Source: Mytilus californianus (taxonomy: Eukaryota). Taken from it: a DNA stretch of 64,000 nt. The notes beneath the pieces were generated by a model. That model had not been told where the DNA came from. It worked only from the letters and a program-made list of their open reading frames with translations, and made no database searches. Every line of letters begins with the position of its first letter. Position 1 is the stretch's first letter. Where the stretch lies: the NCBI RefSeq assembly GCF_021869535.1, contig NW_026262712.1, forward strand, positions 42,036,001 to 42,100,000, in the 5' to 3' direction. A program made the position numbers and the translations under genes. Positions 49,232 to 64,000 of the stretch are shown piece after piece.

Positions 49232-49719
49232 TCTAGAGATTTGCACAACGATACTAATATAAGATGGTAATATACGAAGATGTTGTTAATAAATCGTGTT
49301 GACAAATATTTCGGCTTAACAAATAGCCTTCTTCGGTGTCAATTATTTTAACAATACTGATCAGTATTGTTAAAATAATTGACACCGAAGAAGGCTATTT
49401 GTTAAGCCGAAATATTTGTCAACACGATTTATTAACAACATCTTCGTATATTACCATCTTATATTAGTATCGTTGTGCAAATCTCTAGACTTATATAATT
49501 TTTTTCCTTATCTACACAGTATCGTCTATTCTAGACGATCCGGTACATAGTAAATTTGCTGGTTGGTCCTTTTTATAGACTTCTATATATATATATATAT
49601 ATACAAGTCTAAATTGAAAACAACGTTCAAACCTATGATTGCGTTGGATTAAAAACCGCAATTTTTATACGTGTGCATGCAAAACAAATTTCTTGGTAGA
49701 GGGGTCTAAATACAGCACA

Positions 49720-49773
<54 letters not shown>

Positions 49774-52700
49774 GGTGTCACGGGCCTAATTTTCTTGAAA
49801 AAAAAATATTGATAGTTCAATCTTTAAATTTCAAGTTGTAGGTATTTTGTTGTAAAATGTATATTGAATGATACTTGGTAAACTATTTGTAAAACAAATA
49901 AGTAATATTGCAACATGACCAGAAAGGACGCTCAGAAAAAATACACCCGGGAGATCTACCTTAAACTGTGGCAAATAGTTGTCCAATTTGCAATGATACC
50001 ACATCTCCTTATTTTTATATCACATAAAAAAACCAATTAATTTGCATTAGATACAAGCACAACACGCAAGGTAAACTCGTATAGCATTACATTATGAACA
50101 GTCTCCTTGCCAACTTCCGAAGCAAGGTTGTCGGCTCTCCGAACTTTCTAGAGGTCCTGATTTTATTGCCGAGTTTATGAGCTTCGATCCTTGCTTAGAA
50201 GTGGTCTCCTTTCATTATACTGGATAAAATCTAATGAATTTACACTAGAAACATTTTTTAGCATCTTACTGGATGATTACATTCTCATAACATCGCCCTT
50301 GGTACATTCGTATAGCATTACATACGTACATGTACATTCGTATAGCATTACAAACGTACATTCGTATAGCATTACATACGTACATTTATTTCATGACACC
50401 AGTACATTTATATCATGACACCAGTACATTTATATCATGACACCAGCACATTTACAGCATATAACTATAATACACAAAGCTTTAGACTTAGACTTAACAA
50501 TACGGCTTTAGCATAAAGCATTACAATATACACAATGCTAAGGCATAACACAGGCAGTGATCTATGCAACGGGAAGTTATATAAAAACTCCGATCTGTTT
50601 CATTTTGCTGAAATTCATATACGGGTTCTTTTTTTGGCCTTATTACAGCCATTCTCAAGATGATATGCATTTGCAGATTTCTTTTTTTTTGTGAGTCGTA
50701 CATGCCGAAATTTAAGGAATAATGGTACAAGAAATTATTTCCTTTGTTAATGAATCTCCAGCAAACATTATACCATGTATAATGCCTTGTCGTGTAGTTA
50801 AAGAAAAGGGAAAGCTATCTAGACAGGAAATTTTCAAGTAAAATTGTAGAATCACGTGCACGTGTGTGAACTTGACAAATAGGTTGTGTACGCAATACCT
50901 CGCATAGTGCCGGAAATGGTGAGGATGAAAAGAAGCGATCCCAATATTATAACCGAATTTTTCAAATATGTATAGAATCATTCTGTACTAATCTGGACAA
51001 CTCGATATTTTATTTAAAACTATTAGAACAATACAAATATTTAAAAAAAAAAGATGTGGAACCCTGTCTAATCAAGAAAAAATGGAGTTAAAGTCTATAC
51101 AGTAACTTTTTTTCACTTGCAGTATATTTATTTTCCAATTTGCATTATTTTGGCAGCAGAAATAATCCTTAAACATTTTTCAGTTTGTATCATTATCAAC
51201 CATGTCAACCGATTACGCTTTTTTTTTTAGCATTTCCAATACTTAGGAAAATGTGTTTCACACACTCACGACTTGTATGACAATACTATACAGTACAATG
51301 GGTATACTAGCGTTATAGAGTAGAATTTGTGGTGACGTTACAGCAAACATAAATAATGTCGCCGAATATTTTATAATTTTCCGATAAAAATTAAACTTCA
51401 AGAGAATATAGCTTGAAAACTAACACGGTTGCTAAGGACTTTCTTTGCGCCAAGGGATTCGTCGTTTATTTTTGAATCGCATTTCGAATTTAAAAAAAAA
51501 ATCTGTTGACCAACGAATTAGAAAATCGTGATAAAGTAAAAATATCTGCCGTTTTTTTAAGATTTTCCCTATATATCCTTTGTATTTCTGGCGTATCATG
51601 CTGTTAGTTTTAACAGCTTGTATCTGAAAAACGAAAACGGTTACCCCCTTTTTTTATTTTATATTCTGATGTAATTTTACAAGCAGAATCCACATGTAAA
51701 ATATAAAAAAAATCTGTGGAGTAGTTATATTACGTACACTTCGCCTTAATGAAATTTTTTACATTTTTAGTTGTTTCATTTATTTTCTGAAGTTGAGCGC
51801 CGTTGCCTTTACGCGGAATGATGTTGTAAAGGCCTATTTGTGCCTTTGGAAATCTAGACTTCACAGGATTGACAGCGCTTGTTACAAGAAGGTTTATTTG
51901 ATCACAGCCACCTTTATTTCTGCGTATGGCATTTGTCTATACAGATAACAACCTTTTCAATATCTTTGTTTTCATTTTTTTTTGGAAGGCTAGGTCAATG
52001 TTTTGCTCAATTTTGTCAAGGAATCCTCCAGATATTGAAGCGTTTACTAACGAATCGTCGATATGTCCGAGCCTATTACAATTAAATGCTCTAAGGAGAA
52101 CACACACTGTCTCTTTTTCACAATTTGCGTTGTCTGATGAGATGGATTCTTCGTCACCTTCGTCAGTGTGAATGTTTTTTGTAATGTATTGTCTTCCCTC
52201 GAATATTTCAGGACCATAACTGCCCAATTCATTTTTCTGTTTCCTGTTTGTACTGTTCACAGTCTCGTCTAGTGTGACCTTTAATGTAATAGTAAGGGCA
52301 GTATGTTTCACATGTACAGGCGTTAGCTACGTGACCTATACCACAACAATTGTAACATCTCCTTTGATTCTTGAGACTTGGTTTGTCCATACATCTGTAT
52401 GAAGGATGACCTGTGTCATGACAGTATATACATGGAGTGCGATTGTTACCGGAAAATAGTCTTACTTCGAAACGACCAAATGATGTTCTATTCGGGAGCA
52501 CTGCATCACAATCCAGAATATCAATATACCGAGACCCATGTTCGATGTTTGTGCCTTTAATGACGCCTCGTTTTATAGAGCCTGTAATAACTTTACTAAA
52601 TCTAAACATCTGAGTACAAATGTATAAATTTTCTAGTTCGTAAGATGCGTCTTTTATTGTTACATGAGTAATTAAACTCTCTACTTCATAAAATCTAATA

Positions 52701-55690
52701 GATATATCTCTTAGCGTTATACCTTGAGCTGCTAGTCTGTCCTTTGTTTCAGGTTGTTTTTAGAGTAACTATACAGTCTTTTTCAGTGATTTGAATTGAT
52801 AACACATCCTCAATACTAATTACTTTACCTATTTATGACAAAACATCCTCATGCGATATCCCTTGGTGAAAAAATGTAGAGATAAATGTCTCTTTACTCT
52901 AGACAATTTTGTGAGTTCAGTTCCAAATGGCAACAAGTAGACATGTATATAATCACAAATAGTAGAATGTTTTGGATTAAAGTTTGCGAAATTTACTCAC
53001 ATATCCATCATTTGGTAAAAACCATAATAATATCTTGAAAAATGGCACCAGAAAGTTAAGATATAAGGATTTTAAAACACTTTTCAGATGAACACAAAAA
53101 ACTCACATATCCATTTTCAAAGGGACATTAATGAGATTGTCAAACGAAAAATGTCATATTTGCCAAACGGTTAATGATACTGAAAATTTGCGACATTTAA
53201 TTTTCGATTGCAGTACAACCAAAATAATCATAAGTGAAATCAAAGATATTTTCATATTATGGAATGTTCAATTAGATTATGAAAATTTAAAACATTTTAT
53301 GCTTTTGGGAGAATCGGACTAAACTTTACTTGTAAATCTCTTTTTTATTTTGACAAAATGGTCCTTGAGGAAAACAAGAAACACAATCAAATATGATGGG
53401 ATAAAAATGTCATCTACAGATATTTTGAATCTTTGGAAATCATATATGATAACCAATCTGAAATCTGTTCCCATTTATTTATCTAATAACGCAATAGAAA
53501 AAGTAAAAAAAAAACACACATTAATTAATGTTATATGATAGTTACAAACCTTGTAGGAGATAATAGTCACGATCGATGCTATGTCTACCTTTTATGTCTC
53601 TTTAATTTGTAACATGGTTTAAAGGTGCACTCGATTGTGTTATAATGCTATATAATTTATTATTACATTCTAGAAAGATGTTCTTTTTCATATATTGTCA
53701 TATAAAAGAATAATAAGTATTATTATACTACTTTTTCAGGTAATAATGTGCACTTTGTTCAGCCTCCTGCTTCCCGGACAGTTGGTTTCAAATGTAAATG
53801 GGAATCCTTAGTCTGCATTCTGGGCAATTGAGGAAATTGTAAACAGGAAATTTTTGGAATAAACAAGTATCTATTTTTTAAAAAAAGATATGGAATGATT
53901 ATCTCATGTGTTCTCTCTTTTTCATATTGCGGACTTCTTTTATCAGAATTAAAATAGAAGAAGATATAATAATAACTAATAGTTTTTCAAACGTAAGTGG
54001 TATTTACTAGTTGGTCTTATTTAAGAGAGTACAATACCTATAGAAAACAGCAGCTTGGTTATCGAAATACGTTAACCAAAACAAAAACATCAAGCAACGA
54101 GAACCCCTGTAACAGGCTCTTGACTTGAGACAGGTACGTTACATTGCTATATATGTCTTGAATCTGTCATTTACGGTATTGAAGTACACTAGGTATTATA
54201 GGATTAAACGCCTTTATAAAGGAATTTATTGGTGTATAAACTCGACCAATTCACTAACAAACAAATTAAAGTCCGAAGTTTGTGAGTGTCTTGGTCCAGT
54301 TAATACACCAATAAATTCCTTTAAAACGAAGTTGGCCTGGCGCATGGATATATTTGTTGGTTAACGTAAAAATATGAAATTTGCTATCTAATAAAAAATA
54401 AAATACAAAAATATCTTATCATCATTCAAATGAATGTTTTGTGTTTATTATTTAATTTAACAAATAAACATAAATATTTTCAACGTCGAACTGGCTTGTG
54501 ATATTATCGCCGCCATCTTCTTTACATTGTTTACAAAAAGTAGTTCGGTCAACGTTGTCTATCGAAAAATAAACAACGTCAAGAGCCACTACCGGAAGTC
54601 CTCTCGACCAATCATTTAAACGTAAACTAATAACATGTTTCTAGACCTTACGTTTTGCTATGTGGGTTGTTGTTTGCACATTGTTAAACAAGGGCGTTTT
54701 CAAATACCTGCTCCGAAATATTTCTTTTTCATGTTGACTGATTCGTCATGATCACAAAAAAGGATTAAATAAGAAAAAAAGTATTATATCCAATTCATGG
54801 AAGCAGAATCTATGTTTTGAAAATAACATTAAGGGCAACCATTGCACTTCGTCAGATGCGCTTTGTGACTATTAATGTTTCCCATGTGCCAAACATATTT
54901 AAGAATCTAAAACCTAATAATATTTTTCATAAAACGGGTACCTTTCATCTTAATAAAAAGGCTGAAACACTAAAGAGAAATATTGTATATTAACAGAACA
55001 AAATATAAATTGTCTAAGGCATAATGGATCAGATACTGCATCGTTAGTGTTGCTTAAATTTATACATATACTATAAGTGGATTAATATGTATACGAGCAA
55101 TGGATCAATTAAACCATGTACTTAAAAAGAACTTATCACCTTTACGGTGATATCGATGCCACAAAGACTTGAAAATATGCTGTGACCTTAGCATTTGTCA
55201 ATATCAATTTATCTTTATTGTTCCTATAAAAAGTTATTTTGAGATCCTTTGCAAAAATATAACATATAACATACATACATACATACTTAAAATACCTACA
55301 TACCTTCCTACCTTCTACCTACCTACCTACCTACATCCATACATACATGTATACCTACATAAATGCTTACCTACATACATGCATACCTTCATGCATGCAT
55401 GCCTACCTGCATGCCTACAAACCTACCTACCTACCTACCTACCTACCTGCCTACATACCNNNNNNNNNNNNNNNNNNNNNNNNNNNNNNNNNNNNNNNNN
55501 NNNNNNNNNNNNNNNNNNNNNNNNNNNNNNNNNNNNNNNNNNNNNNNNNNNNNNNNNNNNNNNNNNNNNNNNNNNNNNNNNNNNNNNNNNNNNNNNNNNN
55601 NNNNNNNNNNNNNNNNNNNNNNNNNNNNNNNNNNNNNNNNNNNNNNNNNNNNNNNNNNNNNNNNNNNNNNNNNNNNNNNNNNNNNNNNNN

Positions 55691-56769
55691 ACATCTAGTT
55701 GTTCGAGGGTACAATAACAACATCATTGATAGCGCTTTCGAAAGAGCAAACAAAACTAGTCGCCAAGAACTTCTAGAGTACAAAGATAAGAATAAAGCAG
55801 CTAACAGAACACCCCTTGTACTCACTTACCATCCTGATTTTAAAAATGTGTCTTCCATTGTTCAGAAGCATTGGAAAATTATAGAAAATGATTCAAATCT
55901 TAAAAGAGTGTTTTCCTCACCACCAGTCATGGCCTTCAGAAGACCTAAAAACATCCGTGACAAATTAGTGACATCTGTATTAGCAAAGCAGCCTACTCCA
56001 TCTCCCGGTTGCTACAAACAATGTGGTCGAAGGAACTGCTTGTGTTGTAAAGCTGCCAATACAAGCAGTTCTTTCATCAGCTCCGTTACTAAACAAAATT
56101 ATACCATCTACTCAAATTCCAACTGTAAAACGGAGAACTCAATTTATATATTAACATGTGACACATGTGGCATTCAGTATGTGGGAGAAACAATGGACAA
56201 ATTTAATATTCGGCTCAATAACCATCGTTCATGGTACAAAACAAACAAAAACTGTCCTCTCACAAGACATCTTCGTTCAACGAAACATTCTTTTGATAAT
56301 GTTACCTTCCAAATCATAGAAGTCAACACCGAGTGGGACACCACGGCGAGAAGGAGAAGAGAAAATTTTTGGATCCACCAACTCCACACTTTAGAACCTG
56401 ATGGTCTTAACGAAAAAGATGAGAAAAGATACAGGAAAGATAAAGAATAATTTAGTACACAGCATCGTCCTTTCTATCCTGTAATATTGGCCAATGGACG
56501 TTGCTAACTTCAACTACCAATTTTGTAAAAATCTTGAACTTCATCCAAATTATGTATTATTTTCAAGGCAGCTAAATTCAAGTGCAACATATACATTGAG
56601 CTGCAAAAGTTTCTTACCATCTACATCCGATTTCACCTGGATAGATGCACGCTTGATAAAGCTAGTTAGTCTAGCGAAATATTGCGTTTATTTTCATCAT
56701 TTTGTAAATATTTTAAACATTCTTATATTTACATACTAAATAGTGTGTTAAAATTACATTGTTAGGCAA

Positions 56770-56771
<2 letters not shown>
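55691..56771 (+). mobile_element. Third copy of the truncated canonical PLE (unit 3)
   Basis: Near-identical to 40561-41641; ORF to 56450. Confidence 0.92.
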
Positions 56772-56817
<46 letters not shown>

Positions 56818-57307
56818 TCTAGAGATTTGCACAACGATACTAATATAAGATGGTAATATACGAAGATGTTGTTAATAAATCGTGTTGACAAATATTTCGG
56901 CTTAACAAATAGCCTTCTTCGGTGTCAATTATTTTAACAATACTGATCAGTATTGTTAAAATAATTGACACCGAAGAAGGCTATTTGTTAAGCCGAAATA
57001 TTTGTCAACACGATTTATTAACAACATCTTCGTATATTACCATCTTATATTAGTATCGTTGTGCAAATCTCTAGACTTATATAATTTTTTTCCTTATCTA
57101 CACAGTATCGTCTATTCTAGACGATCCGGTACATAGTAAATTTGCTGGTTGGTCCTTTTTATAGACTTCTATATATATATATATATATATACAAGTCTAA
57201 ATTGAAAACAACGTTCAAACCTATGATTGCGTTGGATTAAAAACCGCAATTTTTATACGTGTGCATGCAAAACAAATTTCTTGGTAGAGGGGTCTAAATA
57301 CAGCACA

Positions 57308-57355
<48 letters not shown>

Positions 57356-60300
57356 GGTGTCACGGGCCTAATTTTCTTGAAAAAAAAATATTGATAGTTC
57401 AATCTTTAAATTTCAAGTTGTAGGTATTTTGTTGTAAAATGTATATTGAATGATACTTGGTAAACTATTTGTAAAACAAATAAGTAATATTGCAACATGA
57501 CCAGAAAGGACGCTCAGAAAAAATACACCCGGGAGATCTACCTTAAACTGTGGCAAATAGTTGTCCAATTTGCAATGATACCACATCTCCTTATTTTTAT
57601 ATCACATAAAAAAACCAATTAATTTGCATTAGATACAAGCACAACACGCAAGGTAAACTCGTATAGCATTACATTATGAACAGTCTCCTTGCCAACTTCC
57701 GAAGCAAGGTTGTCGGCTCTCCGAACTTTCTAGAGGTCCTGATTTTATTGCCGAGTTTATGAGCTTCGATCCTTGCTTAGAAGTGGTCTCCTTTCATTAT
57801 ACTGGATAAAATCTAATGAATTTACACTAGAAACATTTTTTAGCATCTTACTGGATGATTACATTCTCATAACATCGCCCTTGGTACATTCGTATAGCAT
57901 TACATACGTACATGTACATTCGTATAGCATTACAAACGTACATTCGTATAGCATTACATACGTACATTTATTTCATGACACCAGTACATTTATATCATGA
58001 CACCAGTACATTTATATCATGACACCAGCACATTTACAGCATATAACTATAATACACAAAGCTTTAGACTTAGACTTAACAATACGGCTTTAGCATAAAG
58101 CATTACAATATACACAATGCTAAGGCATAACACAGGCAGTGATCTATGCAACGGGAAGTTATATAAAAACTCCGATCTGTTTCATTTTGCTGAAATTCAT
58201 ATACGGGTTCTTTTTTTGGCCTTATTACAGCCATTCTCAAGATGATATGCATTTGCAGATTTCTTTTTTTTTGTGAGTCGTACATGCCGAAATTTAAGGA
58301 ATAATGGTACAAGAAATTATTTCCTTTGTTAATGAATCTCCAGCAAACATTATACCATGTATAATGCCTTGTCGTGTAGTTAAAGAAAAGGGAAAGCTAT
58401 CTAGACAGGAAATTTTCAAGTAAAATTGTAGAATCACGTGCACGTGTGTGAACTTGACAAATAGGTTGTGTACGCAATACCTCGCATAGTGCCGGAAATG
58501 GTGAGGATGAAAAGAAGCGATCCCAATATTATAACCGAATTTTTCAAATATGTATAGAATCATTCTGTACTAATCTGGACAACTCGATATTTTATTTAAA
58601 ACTATTAGAACAATACAAATATTTAAAAAAAAAAGATGTGGAACCCTGTCTAATCAAGAAAAAATGGAGTTAAAGTCTATACAGTAACTTTTTTTCACTT
58701 GCAGTATATTTATTTTCCAATTTGCATTATTTTGGCAGCAGAAATAATCCTTAAACATTTTTCAGTTTGTATCATTATCAACCATGTCAACCGATTACGC
58801 TTTTTTTTTTAGCATTTCCAATACTTAGGAAAATGTGTTTCACACACTCACGACTTGTATGACAATACTATACAGTACAATGGGTATACTAGCGTTATAG
58901 AGTAGAATTTGTGGTGACGTTACAGCAAACATAAATAATGTCGCCGAATATTTTATAATTTTCCGATAAAAATTAAACTTCAAGAGAATATAGCTTGAAA
59001 ACTAGCACGGTTGCTAAGGACTTTCTTTGCGCCAAGGGATTCGTCGTTTATTTTTGAATCGCATTTCGAATTTAAAAAAAAAATCTGTTGACCAACGAAT
59101 TAGAAAATCGTGATAAAGTAAAAATATCTGCCGTTTTTTTAAGATTTTCCCTATATATCCTTTGTATTTCTGGCGTATCATGCTGTTAGTTTTAACAGCT
59201 TGTATCTGAAAAACGAAAACGGTTACCCCCTTTTTTTATTTTATATTCTGATGTAATTTTACAAGCAGAATCCACATGTAAAATATAAAAAAAATCTGTG
59301 GAGTAGTTATATTACGTACACTTCGCCTTAATGAAATTTTTTACATTTTTAGTTGTTTCATTTATTTTCTGAAGTTGAGCGCCGTTGCCTTTACGCGGAA
59401 TGATGTTGTAAAGGCCTATTTGTGCCTTTGGAAATCTAGACTTCACAGGATTGACAGCGCTTGTTACAAGAAGGTTTATTTGATCACAGCCACCTTTATT
59501 TCTGCGTATGGCATTTGTCTATACAGATAACAACCTTTTCAATATCTTTGTTTTCATTTTTTTTTTGGAAGGCTAGGTCAATGTTTTGCTCAATTTTGTC
59601 AAGGAATCCTCCAGATATTGAAGCGTTTACTAACGAATCGTCGATATGTCCGAGCCTATTACAATTAAATGCTCTAAGGAGAACACACACTGTCTCTTTT
59701 TCACAATTTGCGTTGTCTGATGAGATGGATTCTTCGTCACCTTCGTCAGTGTGAATGTTTTTTGTAATGTATTGTCTTCCCTCGAATATTTCAGGACCAT
59801 AACTGCCCAATTCATTTTTCTGTTTCCTGTTTTTACTGTTCACAGTCTCGTCTAGTGTGACCTTTAATGTAATAGTAAGGGCAGTATGTTTCACATGTAC
59901 AGGCGTTAGCTACGTGACCTATACCACAACAATTGTAACATCTCCTTTGATTCTTGAGACTTGGTTTGTCCATACATCTGTATGAAGGATGACCTGTGTC
60001 ATGACAGTATATACATGGAGTGCGATTGTTACCGGAAAATAGTCTTACTTCGAAACGACCAAATGATGTTCTATTCGGGAGCACTGCATCACAATCCAGA
60101 ATATCAATATACCGAGACCCATGTTCGATGTTTGTGCCTTTAATGACGCCTCGTTTTATAGAGCCTGTAATAACTTTACTAAATCTAAACATCTGAGTAC
60201 AAATGTATAAATTTTCTAGTTCGTAAGATGCGTCTGTTATTGTTACATGAGTAATTAAACTCTCTACTTCATAAAATCTAATAGATATATCTCTTAGCGT

Positions 60301-63300
60301 TATACCTTGAGCTGCTAGTCTGTCCTTTGTTTCAGGTTGTTTTTAGAGTAACTATACAGTCTTTTTCAGTGATTTGAATTGATAACACATCCTCAATACT
60401 AATTACTTTACCTATTTATGACAAAACATCCTCATGCGATATCCCTTGGTGAAAAAATGTAGAGATAAATGTCTCTTTACTCTAGACAATTTTGTGAGTT
60501 CAGTTCCAAATGGCAACAAGTAGACATGTATATAATCACAAATAGTAGAATGTTTTGGATTAAAGTTTGCGAAATTTACTCACATATCCATCATTTGGTA
60601 AAAACCATAATAATATCTTGAAAAATGGCACCAGAAAGTTAAGATATAAGGATTTTAAAACACTTTTCAGATGAACACAAAAAACTCACATATCCATTTT
60701 CAAAGGGACATTAATGAGATTGTCAAACGAAAAATGTCATATTTGCCAAACGGTTAATGATACTGAAAATTTGCGACATTTAATTTTCGATTGCAGTACA
60801 ACCAAAATAATCATAAGTGAAATCAAAGATATTTTCATATTATGGAATGTTCAATTAGATTATGAAAATTTAAAACATTTTATGCTTTTGGGAGAATCGG
60901 ACTAAACTTTACTTGTAAATCTCTTTTTTATTTTGACAAAATGGTCCTTGAGGAAAACAAGAAACACAATCAAATATGATGGGATAAAAATGTCATCTAC
61001 AGATATTTTGAATCTTTGGAAATCATATATGATAACCAATCTGAAATCTGTTCCCATTTATTTATCTAATAACGCAATAGAAAAAGTAAAAAAAAAACAC
61101 ACATTAATTAATGTTATATGATAGTTACAAACCTTGTAGGAGATAATAGTCACGATCGATGCTATGTCTACCTTTTATGTCTCTTTAATTTGTAACATGG
61201 TTTAAAGGTGCACTCGATTGTGTTATAATGCTATATAATTTATTATTACATTCTAGAAAGATGTTCTTTTTCATATATTGTCATATAAAAGAATAATAAG
61301 TATTATTATACTACTTTTTCAGGTAATAATGTGCACTTTGTTCAGCCTCCTGCTTCCCGGACAGTTGGTTTCAAATGTAAATGGGAATCCTTAGTCTGCA
61401 TTCTGGGCAATTGAGGAAATTGTAAACAGGAAATTTTTGGAATAAACAAGTATCTATTTTTTAAAAAAAGATATGGAATGATTATCTCATGTGTTCTCTC
61501 TTTTTCATATTGCGGACTTCTTTTATCAGAATTAAAATAGAAGAAGATATAATAATAACTAATAGTTTTTCAAACGTAAGTGGTATTTACTAGTTGGTCT
61601 TATTTAAGAGAGTACAATACCTATAGAAAACAGCAGCTTGGTTATCGAAATACGTTAAACAAAAACAAAAACATCAAGCAACGAGAACCCCTGTAACAGG
61701 CTCTTGACTTGAGACAGGTACGTTACATTGCTATATATGTCTTGAATCTGTCATTTACGGTATTGAAGTACACTAGGTATTATAGGATTAAACGCCTTTA
61801 TAAAGGAATTTATTGGTGTATAAACTCGACCAATTCACTAACAAACAAATTAAAGTCCGAAGTTTGTGAGTGTCTTGGTCCAGTTAATACACCAATAAAT
61901 TCCTTTAAAACGAAGTTGGCCTGGCGCATGGATATATTTGTTGGTTAACGTAAAAATATGAAATTTGCTATCTAATAAAAAATAAAATACAAAAATATCT
62001 TATCATCATTCAAATGAATGTTTTGTGTTTATTATTTAATTTAACAAATAAACATAAATATTTTCAACGTCGAACTGGCTTGTGATATTATCGCCGCTAT
62101 CTTCTTTACATTGTTTACAAAAAGTAGTTCGGTCAACGTTGTCTATCGAAAAATAAACAACGTCAAGAGCCACTACCGGAAGTCCTCTCGACCAATCATT
62201 TAAACGTAAACTAATAACATGTTTCTAGACCTTACGTTTTGCTATGTGGGTTGTTGTTTGCACATTGTTAAACAAGGGCGTTTTCAAATACCTGCTCCGA
62301 AATATTTCTTTTTCATGTTGACTGATTCGTCATGATCACAAAAAAGGATTAAATAAGAAAAAAAGTATTATATCCAATTCATGGAAGCAGAATCTATGTT
62401 TTGAAAATAACATTAAGGGCAACCATTGCACTTCGTCAGATGCGCTTTGTGACTATTAATGTTTCCCATGTGCCAAACATATTTAAGAATCTAAAACCTA
62501 ATAATATTTTTCATAAAACGGGTACCTTTCATCTTAATAAAAAGGCTGAAACACTAAAGAGAAATATTGTATATTAACAGAACAAAATATAAATTGTCTA
62601 AGGCATAATGGATCAGATACTGCATCGTTAGTGTTGCTTAAATTTATACATATACTATAAGTGGATTAATATGTATACGAGCAATGGATCAATTAAACCA
62701 TGTACTTAAAAAGAACTTATCACCTTTACGGTGATATCGATGCCACAAAGACTTGAAAATATGCTGTGACCTTAGCATTTGTCAATATCAATTTATCTTT
62801 ATTGTTCCTATAAAAAGTTATTTTGAGATCCTTTGCAAAAATATAACATATAACATACATACATACATACTTAAAATACCTACATACCTTCCTACCTTCT
62901 ACCTACCTACCTACCTACATCCATACATACATGTATACCTACATAAATGCTTACCTACATACATGCATACCTTCATGCATGCATGCNNNNNNNNNNNNNN
63001 NNNNNNNNNNNNNNNNNNNNNNNNNNNNNNNNNNNNNNNNNNNNNNNNNNNNNNNNNNNNNNNNNNNNNNNNNNNNNNNNNNNNNNNNNNNNNNNNNNNN
63101 NNNNNNNNNNNNNNNNNNNNNNNNNNNNNNNNNNNNNNNNNNNNNNNNNNNNNNNNNNNNNNNNNNNNAGATAGGCATAATCTTAAAACAAGATAAGTAA
63201 GATACTATCTCAGTATTGTAAATCTGTCACCAATGTTTCCCTGCAAGATCGGTTAAATAAGATTATACTAAACAGTGACTGATGACAAGAACGATTAATA

Positions 63301-64000
63301 TAACATGTCATTCGTTCAGTTTTCCGTAATTTTTATTCAACTACATTTTTAACAATTGAATATAAAAACTTAAAGATATCGAATAATATTGAAAGATTTA
63401 ATAACATGGAAGGATTAAATAACAGATGATGTTGTTTGTTTCTATTGTCATTCGATGCCCTGGTTAATGACGTAATCAAAACACAGGCTGTTGTCTTATT
63501 TGCAAACGCTAGTCTTGTAATCTATAGTTCATATTAAACCTATGATCTATAACACGAAAACATGTAGGTATCATTTAAACAAATTTTGTAATAAAGACAT
63601 TAACAATGGAAAACACATATAAATTGCGAAAAGACAGCTTTGCACATTCATCAATATCACAAAAAGAATACAATAAAGAAGTAAGTATCATATCTTGTCT
63701 ATGTTTATTTCAATAGAGATCCATATTTTGAACTTTCCATAATTTTTGTTTAACTACATTTATAACCAATCATAATTAGTGAAAACTTTAAAGAACTGGC
63801 TATGCATGAGTGATTAATATTTTAAATAATAAACTTATAATACTGGTTCATTGGAACACTGATGTTACCTACACATTTTTCATTTTATATAGATGGATTA
63901 TTTTTCCTTGTGAAGATTAAGTCAATAGTTTTAATAACCTTTTTTATGTCAGAAATATAGATATTTAAAAAAGACATTTTGTATTTATAAGTCGTTCAAA

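Larger units (their letters stand above)
40561..62986 (+). repeat. Tandem array of three ~7.55-kb near-identical units (40561-47850, 48107-55459, 55691-62986)
   Basis: Same ORFs recur with offsets 7546-7553 and ~7584; N gaps at 47851-48106, 55460-55690 and 62987-63168. Confidence 0.95.

Overview
AT-rich eukaryotic (animal) genomic DNA. The interspersed-repeat families resemble those I recognise from Mytilus-type bivalves; this taxonomic call is inference. No rRNA, tRNA gene, CRISPR array or operon-like prokaryotic structure is visible, and most short ORFs in the track are noise. Main contents: (1) a decayed Penelope-like element with permuted domains (GIY-YIG, then CxC, then RT; Naiad type) at ~4.5-7.2 kb, plus many short Naiad 3' fragments; (2) a + strand spliced gene absent from the ORF track, with nine phase-compatible exons from 14061 to 32010, encoding a Cys-rich ectodomain, a TM helix and a Tyr-containing tail; (3) several non-autonomous DNA transposons (Harbinger-type with TAA TSD, a TA-flanked MITE, a TA-flanked TIR element, a Kolobok-like TTAA element) and a tRNA-derived SINE; (4) a decayed L1/Tx1-clade LINE on the - strand (35.5-38.4 kb); (5) three near-identical ~7.55-kb tandem units (40.5-63 kb) separated by N gaps. 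Each unit carries a 5'-truncated canonical PLE with a minimal hammerhead ribozyme motif, a perfect 274-279 bp palindrome holding two more opposed hammerhead motifs, (TA)n-anchored element ends sharing a TAGACT terminus, back-to-back LINE ORF1/ORF2 fragments and a YY1/ETS/CCAAT promoter-like cluster.
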